Source: an uncultured bacterium
GTDB taxonomy: Bacteria; Planctomycetota; UBA1135; GCA-002686595
Assembly: GCA_943787795.1 (NCBI GenBank)
Contig: CALSNU010000001.1
Location: forward strand, 800,001 to 864,000
Reading direction: 5' to 3'
DNA: 64,000 nucleotides
In this document: in pieces, positions 1-8,251 of the stretch
Layout of the letters: every line of letters begins with the position of its first letter
Position numbering within the stretch: position 1 is the stretch's first letter
Made by a program: the position numbers and the translations under genes
Notes under the pieces: generated by a model
Database searches by the model: none
Seen by the model: only the letters and a program-made list of their open reading frames with translations
What the model was told of the DNA's origin: nothing

Positions 1-1
1 C

Positions 2-253
2 TGCCTCGCGTCGCGGATCCCGGTGGGGACAGAGGTCACGCCTGAGCGGCTCTTGACGGTCGAGCGCGCGGAGGCGGCCCTGCGAGAGCTCGGGATCCGG
101 GTGCTGCGGGTGCGTCACCACGGGGCGCACGCCCGCGTGGAGGTCGGGGCCGACGAGCTGGAGGCCTGCCAGGGGATGGTGCCGCAGATCGAGACAAGGC
201 TCATCGAGAGCGGCTTCGAGAGCCACGAGCTCGCCGTCTACGGGCAGGGGTGA
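2..253 (+). CDS. larE: LarE/TIGR00268-family ATP-dependent sulfur transferase, C-terminal part (5' truncated by window)
   Basis: Frame 2 reads CLASRIPVGTEVTPERL..VERAE..LR.LG...LRVRHHG..ARVEV, the typical LarE C-terminus. Confidence 0.8.
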   Translation, partial: CLASRIPVGTEVTPERLLTVERAEAALRELGIRVLRVRHHGAHARVEVGADELEACQGMVPQIETRLIESGFESHELAVYGQG

Positions 254-305
254 GGCCCCGCGGGGCGCGCTCGGGGACCACCGAACGGTGAAACCCCAAA
301 TCCAT

Positions 306-333
306 TTGACAATGCGAGTTCCTAGGGTATTCT
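306..333 (+). promoter_or_regulatory. sigma70-type promoter upstream of pilin cassette
   Basis: TTGACA (306-311), 16 nt spacer, TATTCT (328-333) in an AT-richer intergenic patch. Confidence 0.6.
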
Positions 334-465
334 CGCACGCCTCGCGGCGCGGATCGAGTTGGCGCTCGCCGTCGTGTCATCCCGGGGCCTCATATTGAAG
401 CGTCCACCGCTCCGCTTGGAGCGCTGGATGGGCACCGGAGCGGCCCTTGGGGGGGCTGTGCCCAG

Positions 466-960
466 ATGAACTCGACCGCACCCACCGCCTCGGGCAGGTG
501 GACCCAACATCGACGCGCGCCATGGCGCGACGGAGACCGCAGCAGGCTGCGGTCGGCCAGGGCGCTTCGTGTCCGCTCGGGGTTCACGATGATCGAGCTC
601 CTCGTCGCGATCACCATCCTCTTGATCTCCCTCGCCGCCGCCTTCGGTAGCCAGGTCGCGAGCTTCGGCCTCATCGACTCCAGCCGCGACTCGACGCTGG
701 CCATGACGGAGCTCGAGCGGTGCATGGAGGAGGTGCTCACCAAGTCGAGCGACAACATCCCCGTGGACTATCCCGCGGGGGAGCCGATCTCGGGGTACGA
801 CGACGTTCGCCTCCGGCAGCAGTCCATCGTGCCGAGCTTCCCGGGCTACTCGGGAGGCGGGTCGATCCCTGATCCGCTCGAGGTGGTCCTGGAGGCCACA
901 TGGCTGGATTCGCGCGGTCGCTTGCAGCGGCTCAACCTGACGACCCAGGTGGCGAGGTGA
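466..960 (+). CDS. Type IV minor pilin / pseudopilin (PilV-like)
   Basis: Class III signal peptide RSG|FTMIELLVAITILL with Glu at +5. Confidence 0.8.
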   Translation: MNSTAPTASGRWTQHRRAPWRDGDRSRLRSARALRVRSGFTMIELLVAITILLISLAAAFGSQVASFGLIDSSRDSTLAMTELERCMEEVLTKSSDNIPVDYPAGEPISGYDDVRLRQQSIVPSFPGYSGGGSIPDPLEVVLEATWLDSRGRLQRLNLTTQVAR

Positions 961-964
961 GCCG

Positions 965-1780
965 ATGATGTGTCCGAATCGAACAACGGGGGAGCGCCAG
1001 CGCGGCAGCCGCGGCTTCACGCTCCTCGAGATGATCCTGGGGGCCACGGTCCTCGCGCTCCTCGCGAAGACGATGATCAGCGCCACCACGAGCGTGAGCC
1101 ACCTGACCGAGAGCGGGAACCTGGAGTCGCGAATCCAGCGAGACAGCGACCGGGCGATGGGGCGGATCATGGAGGACCTGCGCATGTCCGGCTTCCATAC
1201 GGTCAATGGGCGGGCGTACCCGCACGTCTTCCTGAACGGTGAGCCGGACTCGGAGTTCCGCGAGTTCGAGCATACCCCCGCGCCGCAGGCCGCCGCTCCG
1301 GGGGAGGCCGCTCATGGACCCATGTGCTCGATCGTCCTCTGCGCCCCGAGCGACCTGGACGGGAACGGGCGGCCTGAGATCGATGTGGACGGCGACGGGA
1401 CCCCGGAGCTAGATGGGAACGGTGACGGATCGGTCTCCGATGAGCCCGAGGATGTCCTGGGGATCTGGGATGAGCAATCGCACACCATCAGCGCCCGGTC
1501 ACGGCTGGTCTGGTCCCACGAGGACATCGCCTACATGGTGATCGAGTCCGCGGCGGGCGAGAACGAGCTGGTTCGCCTCGTCTCCAACGGCGAGGGCGGG
1601 CGAGAGGTCCTGGCGCGCTCTGTGGAGCGCCTGACCTTCGAGACCTCCCAGCCGGGCGCGGCGAGCGTGTCGGCCGGCACGGTCCGGGTCCGGATCGACT
1701 TTCGCGCCACCACGGAATCCGGGCACCTGTTCCGGACCCACTCCGAGGCGCTGGTGAGGTTGAGGAACAACAACGGCTGA
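965..1780 (+). CDS. Type IV minor pilin / pseudopilin (PilW-like) with DxDGxG loops
   Basis: SRG|FTLLEMILGATVLALL prepilin motif; DLDGNG, DVDGDG and DGNGDG acidic loops. Confidence 0.8.
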   Translation: MMCPNRTTGERQRGSRGFTLLEMILGATVLALLAKTMISATTSVSHLTESGNLESRIQRDSDRAMGRIMEDLRMSGFHTVNGRAYPHVFLNGEPDSEFREFEHTPAPQAAAPGEAAHGPMCSIVLCAPSDLDGNGRPEIDVDGDGTPELDGNGDGSVSDEPEDVLGIWDEQSHTISARSRLVWSHEDIAYMVIESAAGENELVRLVSNGEGGREVLARSVERLTFETSQPGAASVSAGTVRVRIDFRATTESGHLFRTHSEALVRLRNNNG

Positions 1781-1876
1781 GGCGGCCACGCCGTGTCTCC
1801 GAGCGGAGGCACGGGGGGACCGCGGCCAGGCAACACCGCGCGCCGAGGGCGGCGCGTGGAACATCGAGGGCATAAC

Positions 1877-3676
1877 ATGAAGTTGATTCGAACGAGAAAG
1901 GGAGTCGCCTCGCGGCGGGGCGTCGCGCTCATCTACGCGGTCTTTGGCAGCTTCGTGGTGGCCAGCATGGTCTCGGTCATGTTCACCATGGCTGGGGTTA
2001 GCGATCGGCAAGCAGCGGTCCATAACGGCCAGACGAGGGGCCGTTACCTGGCTGAGGGCGCCCTGCGGGTCGTCGCCAAGGAGCTCCAGAACGACCTGGC
2101 GAACTGGAAGGCCCCGACGCTCAGCGGCACCAAGGTGGTCGGTGGGGAGCAGGTCGAGTTCACCGTGACGGCCCTCGGGGAGCAGGTCACCACGACCAAC
2201 GAGTCGGGGATCTCGAACCTCGTTCAGCCCTACGAGCTCGAGACTCGAGTTCGGGTGGACGGCGTGCGGCAGCGGGCGCACCGGATCGTCAACGCGACCT
2301 GGACGCCGCTCTTCCAGTTCGCGGTCTTCTATAACAGCGACCTGGAGGTCCACGCCGGGCCCAACATGACCCTGCGCGGCCGAGTGCACTCCAATCGGGA
2401 CATGTATCTGGGTGGCGGCAACACGATCACGCTGGACACCAACTACGTCCACGCCGTTGGCGGGGTCTTCCGCTACAAGAAGCGCGACGGCACGGCGGCG
2501 GGCGGCAACGTGGACATCCGGCGCTGGGTGGAGAACCCCTTCGACCCCTCGGCGCCGTCGGAGTTCGAGCGAATGCTCAGCCGCGCGCAGCTGCCCGTCT
2601 CCAGCACCTCGGGCTACGACAGCAACTACAGGGACGGCCTCGATCTCGACGGCGACGGGCTCTTCACCGGCCCGGGCGAGTGGCTGCCCTTCGAGTTCGG
2701 TGCGGCCGAGCTGTGGAGCCCGCCCTCGGGGTACGAGGAGGGCTATGGCCAAACCGTGATGACGGGGCAGCACGGCGTCGAGGAGGCCGTGACCCCCCCG
2801 ATCGGGTCCATCCAGATGTACGAGTCCGTCGAGGGAGGGTCTTACGAGCTCGACGCCAACACGGGTGAGTACTCGTTCGTCGGCCCCGGCCTCGGGGACC
2901 ATGACAGGGGCTTCTACCACGAGAACGCAGGCCTCTCCATCATTGCAGACAGCTCGGGCTACGGGTTCACCGTCTATGACGCCGAGGGGAACGACGTGAC
3001 CATGGAGGTCGCGGACGCGATCAGCCTCGATTCCGTCCCCGACATGCGTCAGTCCAACGGGGGCTCCACGGACGTCGAGACGATCCAGCTCGACCTCGGC
3101 CTGCTCGCAGACTCCGGATACTTCCCGGACAATGGCCTGGTCTACGCGGCCCACGAGGCGCTCGGCACGGGCACCGACGCGAGCGGCCTAATGCTCACCA
3201 ATGGGTCGGAGCTGGCGTCCGCCCTGACGGTGGTCTCTCCGTCCTCGGTCTACGTTCATGGTGACTACAACGTGGTCAACAAGCAGGGGGCATCCATCAT
3301 CGGTGACGCGGTCAACCTGCTCTCGAACGCCTGGGACGGGAGCAAGGCTCCGGGGACTCTGCCGAGCGCGAGCGAGACCAGCTTCAACTTCGCCATGGTC
3401 ACCGGCTCCTACGATAGCGTGCCCGGCCGCTACAGCGGTGGCCTTGAGAACCTGCCGCGCTTCCACGAGAACTGGAGCGGGGTGGCCTGCAACATCTCCG
3501 GGAGCTTCGTGAACCTGTTCGACAGCCAGCACGCTACGGGCGACTGGCGCTACGGCAGCGACCGCTACAGGGCGCCCATCCGAGCGTGGCAGTACGACGA
3601 CGACTTCAATGACCTCGGTTCACTCCCCCCGTTCACGCCGATGGCGGTCGAGACGGTGGACATCGTGGCCTGGTAA
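1877..3676 (+). CDS. PilX-like large minor pilin with extended C-terminal domain
   Basis: RRG|VALIYAVF (no Glu+5, as in PilX/GspK), then YLAEGAL; GAGGG RBS before ATG 1877. Confidence 0.7.
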   Translation: MKLIRTRKGVASRRGVALIYAVFGSFVVASMVSVMFTMAGVSDRQAAVHNGQTRGRYLAEGALRVVAKELQNDLANWKAPTLSGTKVVGGEQVEFTVTALGEQVTTTNESGISNLVQPYELETRVRVDGVRQRAHRIVNATWTPLFQFAVFYNSDLEVHAGPNMTLRGRVHSNRDMYLGGGNTITLDTNYVHAVGGVFRYKKRDGTAAGGNVDIRRWVENPFDPSAPSEFERMLSRAQLPVSSTSGYDSNYRDGLDLDGDGLFTGPGEWLPFEFGAAELWSPPSGYEEGYGQTVMTGQHGVEEAVTPPIGSIQMYESVEGGSYELDANTGEYSFVGPGLGDHDRGFYHENAGLSIIADSSGYGFTVYDAEGNDVTMEVADAISLDSVPDMRQSNGGSTDVETIQLDLGLLADSGYFPDNGLVYAAHEALGTGTDASGLMLTNGSELASALTVVSPSSVYVHGDYNVVNKQGASIIGDAVNLLSNAWDGSKAPGTLPSASETSFNFAMVTGSYDSVPGRYSGGLENLPRFHENWSGVACNISGSFVNLFDSQHATGDWRYGSDRYRAPIRAWQYDDDFNDLGSLPPFTPMAVETVDIVAW

Positions 3677-3721
3677 ACGCCCCGCTTGTGCGTGGGGGCG
3701 CGCCGCGTCGCCCAAATGACC

Positions 3722-3757
3722 GCCGGCCCGCGCTTCCTCAAGGAGGCGCGGGCCGGC
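3722..3757. terminator. Hairpin between convergent genes, probable bidirectional terminator
   Basis: GCCGGCCCGCGC (3722-3733) pairs perfectly with GCGCGGGCCGGC (3746-3757). Confidence 0.65.
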
Positions 3758-3776
3758 TCATTGGTGACCTCTCGGC

Positions 3777-6311
3777 TTACTGGAAGGTCACGGAGTAGCC
3801 GCGCGAGAAGTTCGACGTGTTGCCCGGGTTCTGATCCCGATACCAGCACTGGAAGTTCCATGTCTCACCCGGGAGGGCGGGGACCGTCATCGTCGGCTGC
3901 GGGATGGCGCCCGTGTCCACGGTGATCGAGAAGCTGCCGAGGAAGCCCGAGTTCCCGACCTGCCCGAGGTAGCGGCCGGCGTTGGAGCCGACGCACAGGT
4001 TGCCCTGGCTCCCGCCGGGGTTCGTGATGAAGGTCTGGTTACGGGAGACGATGAAGTAGCCGCTCGAGAGGAACGGCAGGTCGACCACGGTGAGGGTCAG
4101 GTTGTTGAGGGCGACCTCAGCGGAGCCGGAGCCAATGATGGTGGCCGCGCGGCCGCTGGAGTTGGTGACGGCGTCGCAGTAGAGCGTGCCGATGCCGTCG
4201 CCGCAGTTGACGTCGGCGATCTCGAAGTCGTCGATAGCGGCCTCCACGATGGACCCTGAACCGAGGTCCGAGGCGATGAAGCGCATGCGCATCTGGGACG
4301 TGGGCGTGACGACGCTGGAGACCCGGAAGACATTCTGGATCCAACCGCCTGCGGTACCGGATCCATCTGGACCGACGCTCTCCACGAGGCTCCAGGAGGA
4401 GCCGCCGTTGTTGGAGATCTCGACCACAAAGACGTCGGCGTTCGGCGACGCACCCTGGTCGTTGGAGTACCAGCGGTAGTAGGAGACCGTCGGATCGTTC
4501 AGCGCCGACATGTCGATGATCGGGGTCAGCAGGGTCGTGCTGCCGCCGTCCACGTCGTTCGTGCCAATGCTGCCGCCCGGGTTGCCCTGGCCGGTGAACC
4601 AGCACTGCGCGCCGATGACCGAGTGGTCGTCCTCGGGCTGCGCCGAGGTCCCGACGGGGTTACCGCGTTCCCAGATGCCGGTCGTGGCGTCGTCGCCCGG
4701 TGCGCCTGAGACCCAGCCTGCGGCGCTCTCCATGTTGTCGGACCGCGCGACGGTGAGAGAGTCACCAGCGATCGACGAGTAGGAGGACGAAGGGGCTGAC
4801 GACGGCGCGTTGACCGTCTGTCCGGTCTGCGAGGTCGCGGAGATGAAGTAGGAGACCTGCGCGCCGCAGGGGAGCGGCGGGAACGCGGCCGAGTAGAACG
4901 AGCCGCCGTTGGCCACGAGCGGGACGGTGGTCGGGCCGCTCCCGATGTCGTAGGTCAGCGTGGGGGACGAGGGGTCGAGGGAGCCAGGGATCAGCTCGTT
5001 GATGACCACGGGGATGGTGCCCCCGGATGGGTCGATCGTGGCGGGCTCACCCTGCGCGAGGGCGATCGAGAGCTCGGGCGGACCGAAGCGCAGGACGAAC
5101 AGGCCGGACTCGATGTCGCTGCCGATGATCGTCCCGCTGGGGAAGCCGACGTAGCAGCTCCAGAGCCCGTTGAAGGAGGCGTTGCTGGAGTTCGGCGCGG
5201 TGTCGAAGAAGCCGACCTCGGGGGGGGAGTTCAGGCTCTGGTTCAGGTCGAAGGCCCTGATCCCGGAGGTGTAGTTGGCCTGGAACAGGATCCCGTCCCG
5301 CTCGTACATGTTGTGCCCGATCGCGGCGTTGCCGTTGTCGAAGGCGCCGATGTAGGAGGCGTTGCCCGGGTCGGACACGTCGAAGACGCGGGTGGTCGTG
5401 GTGCTCACGGTCGAGCCCTCATCGAGCTCGTCGCCGAGGTAGAAGCGGGTCCGGTCGTTGGAGAGCCAGCCCTGGTGGCTGTAGGCGCGAGCCGGGTAGG
5501 AGACCTGCGAGAGGACGACCGGATTGCTCTTGTTCGTCACGTCGACGATGGTGAGCCCGGTGTCCGTCTGGCCGCCGTTCAGGCCGCCACAGCAATACGC
5601 GATCTCACGGCCGGCATAGGGGCCCGTGGTGTAGGTGACGATCTGTGCGTCGTGGACGTAGCGCTGCGACCAGGAACCCACGTACTGGGGGTTCGAGGGG
5701 TTGGCGAGGCTGTAGATGCGAAGGCCCTCGCTCCCGCCGCCTGTGCGATAGAGGAAGCCGCTGACCTCGTCCAGTGCGACGTTGTGGGTGGCGTTGGTGC
5801 CAGGGCCCGTCACCGTGTTCTCGAGGTTGACCACGCCAGCGTCGACGTTGGTCAGGTCGATGACCTGGATGCCGCTTCCGCCCTCGGAGACGGCGTAGGC
5901 ACGGGAGCCGTAGACCTTGATGTCCCGCCAGGTGCTGTTCGGGCCGCTGATGGTCTCGACGAGCGTCGGGAGCGTCGGGTTCGACACCTCGACGATCGCG
6001 GTCCCCTGGGTGGTCAGCATCAGCGCGTACTCACGCCCGGACGGCGAGGTGTAGCCCCAGCAGTCGTTGCCGTTGGCGCCGCTGAAGCCGAGGTCGCTCA
6101 AGGTCATCCAGGACTGGAGCGTGAAGTTGTCGGCGGGGAACCCGAGGGAGGCGGCCGCGGTCAGGGCGCTGAGGCCCTGGGCGTTGGTGGCCGCCGTGAA
6201 CCCTGTCCCGGGGACCGGCGGCTTCCGGTCGAGGATCTTGGGGTCGTCGTCGTGAAGTAAGGCCGGGGCCGATGTGGAGAGCGTGAGCGCGGCGAGGATG
6301 GGGAAGATCAT
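3777..6311 (-). CDS. Secreted choice-of-anchor B / LVIVD-like beta-propeller protein with jelly-roll-like domain and Cys-containing C-terminal module
   Basis: Signal peptide; NDCWGY..PSGREYA, HNVALDE, YVHDAQ, YSHQGWL, LGDELDE, HNMY and QANYTSG motifs. Confidence 0.75.
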   Translation of the reverse strand: MIFPILAALTLSTSAPALLHDDDPKILDRKPPVPGTGFTAATNAQGLSALTAAASLGFPADNFTLQSWMTLSDLGFSGANGNDCWGYTSPSGREYALMLTTQGTAIVEVSNPTLPTLVETISGPNSTWRDIKVYGSRAYAVSEGGSGIQVIDLTNVDAGVVNLENTVTGPGTNATHNVALDEVSGFLYRTGGGSEGLRIYSLANPSNPQYVGSWSQRYVHDAQIVTYTTGPYAGREIAYCCGGLNGGQTDTGLTIVDVTNKSNPVVLSQVSYPARAYSHQGWLSNDRTRFYLGDELDEGSTVSTTTTRVFDVSDPGNASYIGAFDNGNAAIGHNMYERDGILFQANYTSGIRAFDLNQSLNSPPEVGFFDTAPNSSNASFNGLWSCYVGFPSGTIIGSDIESGLFVLRFGPPELSIALAQGEPATIDPSGGTIPVVINELIPGSLDPSSPTLTYDIGSGPTTVPLVANGGSFYSAAFPPLPCGAQVSYFISATSQTGQTVNAPSSAPSSSYSSIAGDSLTVARSDNMESAAGWVSGAPGDDATTGIWERGNPVGTSAQPEDDHSVIGAQCWFTGQGNPGGSIGTNDVDGGSTTLLTPIIDMSALNDPTVSYYRWYSNDQGASPNADVFVVEISNNGGSSWSLVESVGPDGSGTAGGWIQNVFRVSSVVTPTSQMRMRFIASDLGSGSIVEAAIDDFEIADVNCGDGIGTLYCDAVTNSSGRAATIIGSGSAEVALNNLTLTVVDLPFLSSGYFIVSRNQTFITNPGGSQGNLCVGSNAGRYLGQVGNSGFLGSFSITVDTGAIPQPTMTVPALPGETWNFQCWYRDQNPGNTSNFSRGYSVTFQ

Positions 6312-6432
6312 GTTCGGAGAACTGAGCTGGCGAGCGGGGGGCGAGCTTGGGCCCCTAAAAGCTACCTCGAACCCCCAGGAGGGGAGCGGGCGACGCTGGG
6401 GGATGGCTGTAAAGGAGGGGGCGGCGTTTCGA

Positions 6433-7770
6433 TCAGCGACCTGGCGCAGATTGAGACGGTGGGGCGAGCAGCCCGGGGGCCGCCTGGCTGCCCTCCAGGG
6501 CCGCCAGGAAGGCGCTCAGGTCACGCTTTTCCCCGACGGTGAGACGGAGCCGCACCAGGACTTGTTCCTGGTGATGGCCTCTTCCGGTGGCCCCCTCGAG
6601 CTCCGAGTAGAACTCGATCACGCTCGCGAGGTCTTCGAGCTGGCCCTGGTGCATGAAGGGCTTGCGATGATTGAGGTTACGGAGGCTCGGGGTCCTGAAT
6701 TCGCCCCAGGCCTCGGAGGACTGACGCAGCTGGCGGACCCTTAAGGCCGCCGGTCCGTCGGGATCGTCGCTGTACGAACCGGCCGCGTTGAACGGGCTAC
6801 CAGCGACCACCCTCGCCCCGTCGAAGCGGCCCGGATCCCGGGCCTCGCCGCCGTGCAGGGTTGGCAGGGCGTTGTTGTGAAACTCTCCGTCCGAGAAGTT
6901 CGGGCCGCTGTGGCAGAGGACGCAGTTGGCCCTCCCCATGAACAGGGCGAGCCCACGCTGGGCCTCGGGCGAGAGGCTGCCGACCTTCTCGGCGTCGTTC
7001 TCACGCAGCCCCTCGACGAAGCGGTCAAACGGGGCGTCGCCGCGGACCAGGAGGCGCTGATAAGCCGCGATGGCCTTGCCGGCGTGGACGAAGACCTCGT
7101 CGATCGCGGCACGTTGAGCGTCGTCGAGGGCGGCCCACGCCTGAACAGCCTCGGGGGCCGCGGGCCCTTGAGCCGTCTCCCTGCCACGGGCAGGCCGAGC
7201 ATCGTCGGGGCGTCCGCCGAGCGCGGCGCGGTTCAGGGGCCCGAAGACGGCCTCGTAGTCCGCGAGCAGGGCTGGATCATCGGCAATGACCCGAACGAGC
7301 ATCCCCCTCGTGGTGCCCATCTCCCTGGTGTCCTCGAGGGGATCGAGGGCCTGCATCCAGAGGGAATCTGCGCGACCGTCCCAGGTCAACCAGCGGTGGT
7401 GGGCGACGTTCCAGAGCGTCGGGGTGTGCCGGTTTCCGACCTGTTGCCCCATGGCCAGCTGCCGGCCGTCCGTGAAGCCGCGCTTCGGATCGTGGCAGGT
7501 AGCGCAGGAGACCTCTCCGTCCGCCGAGAGGCGCTCGTCGAAGAAGAGCGCCTGGCCGAACCGGGCCGCGAGGGCGTTGTCGGCGAAGCGATTGGTCGGG
7601 TCCGCGGGGAGCGGGGGCAGCGGCGACATCTGCAGGATGCGCCGCACCTGCGCCTCGCTGAAGGGCACCGCGGTCTCCACCGGCGCAGCCGGTCCTTCGG
7701 GCGCTGGGCCGCAGGCTACCGCGATGAGGAGCGTCGCCGAGGCGAGCCAGGGGAGGGCGCCGGCGCGCAT
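6433..7770 (-). CDS. Di-heme cytochrome c peroxidase superfamily lipoprotein (MauG/MbnH-like)
   Basis: Two CxxCH motifs (CATCH, CVLCH), GQALFFDERLS, WDGRADSL, FRTPSLRN, PFMHQG; lipobox IAVAC; ATG 7770 overlaps upstream stop. Confidence 0.85.
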   Translation of the reverse strand: MRAGALPWLASATLLIAVACGPAPEGPAAPVETAVPFSEAQVRRILQMSPLPPLPADPTNRFADNALAARFGQALFFDERLSADGEVSCATCHDPKRGFTDGRQLAMGQQVGNRHTPTLWNVAHHRWLTWDGRADSLWMQALDPLEDTREMGTTRGMLVRVIADDPALLADYEAVFGPLNRAALGGRPDDARPARGRETAQGPAAPEAVQAWAALDDAQRAAIDEVFVHAGKAIAAYQRLLVRGDAPFDRFVEGLRENDAEKVGSLSPEAQRGLALFMGRANCVLCHSGPNFSDGEFHNNALPTLHGGEARDPGRFDGARVVAGSPFNAAGSYSDDPDGPAALRVRQLRQSSEAWGEFRTPSLRNLNHRKPFMHQGQLEDLASVIEFYSELEGATGRGHHQEQVLVRLRLTVGEKRDLSAFLAALEGSQAAPGLLAPPSQSAPGR

Positions 7771-8251
7771 CAGTACTGAAGCCTCACGCTGACCTGGGCG
7801 CGCTCGAATCGGGCGCCCTTCTGCACGTCCACGTGTAGCTCCCAGTGTCCGTACATATGAAGGAGGAGGCCGTCCGCCCGCATCGAACCGTCCTCCTGGG
7901 GCGTCAGGCCGACGTCTCGCAGCATGCCGTGCTTGTGGGCGGGCATCGCGGCGTCGATGGAGACCGCGTCGTAGGCGTCGAAGGGGGGCACCAGACTCCG
8001 GGTCGATGAGCGAGAGCGAGACGCTGAAGGCCTCGTTCATCGGCATCGGGTCGACCAGCGGCGTGATCCGAGCGATGAACATCCCGCCGCTGGAGAGCGC
8101 CTCCAGCGTCTCGCCGCGCACCTCGGGACTCGCCGGCTCATCGGTGCGGGTCCGCCACGCTGGTCCCGGCGTCAGAGGCCGGCGGATCTTGCTCGCCCGC
8201 GCCGCAGCCAAGGGTGATGAGCGACAGGATGACGGGGATGGAGAGTCTCAT
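7770..8251 (-). CDS. YtkA/FixH-like lipoprotein with MPAHKHGM motif (two apparent frameshifts)
   Basis: ATG 8251 gives MRLSIPVILSLITLGC (lipobox); frame changes near 8145 and at the G6 run 7983-7988 join ...LIDPESGAP to FDAYDAVSIDAAMPAHKHGM...LHMYGHWELHVDV. Confidence 0.65.

Noticed and set aside
270..465. Riboswitch (for example c-di-GMP) ahead of the pilin cassette
   Set aside because: Only a small CACC-GAAC-GGTG hairpin upstream of the promoter; no aptamer consensus recognised
6433..8211. 592 aa ORF as a single N-terminally extended peroxidase
   Set aside because: The extension belongs to the frameshifted upstream lipoprotein; the peroxidase has its own ATG and lipobox at 7770
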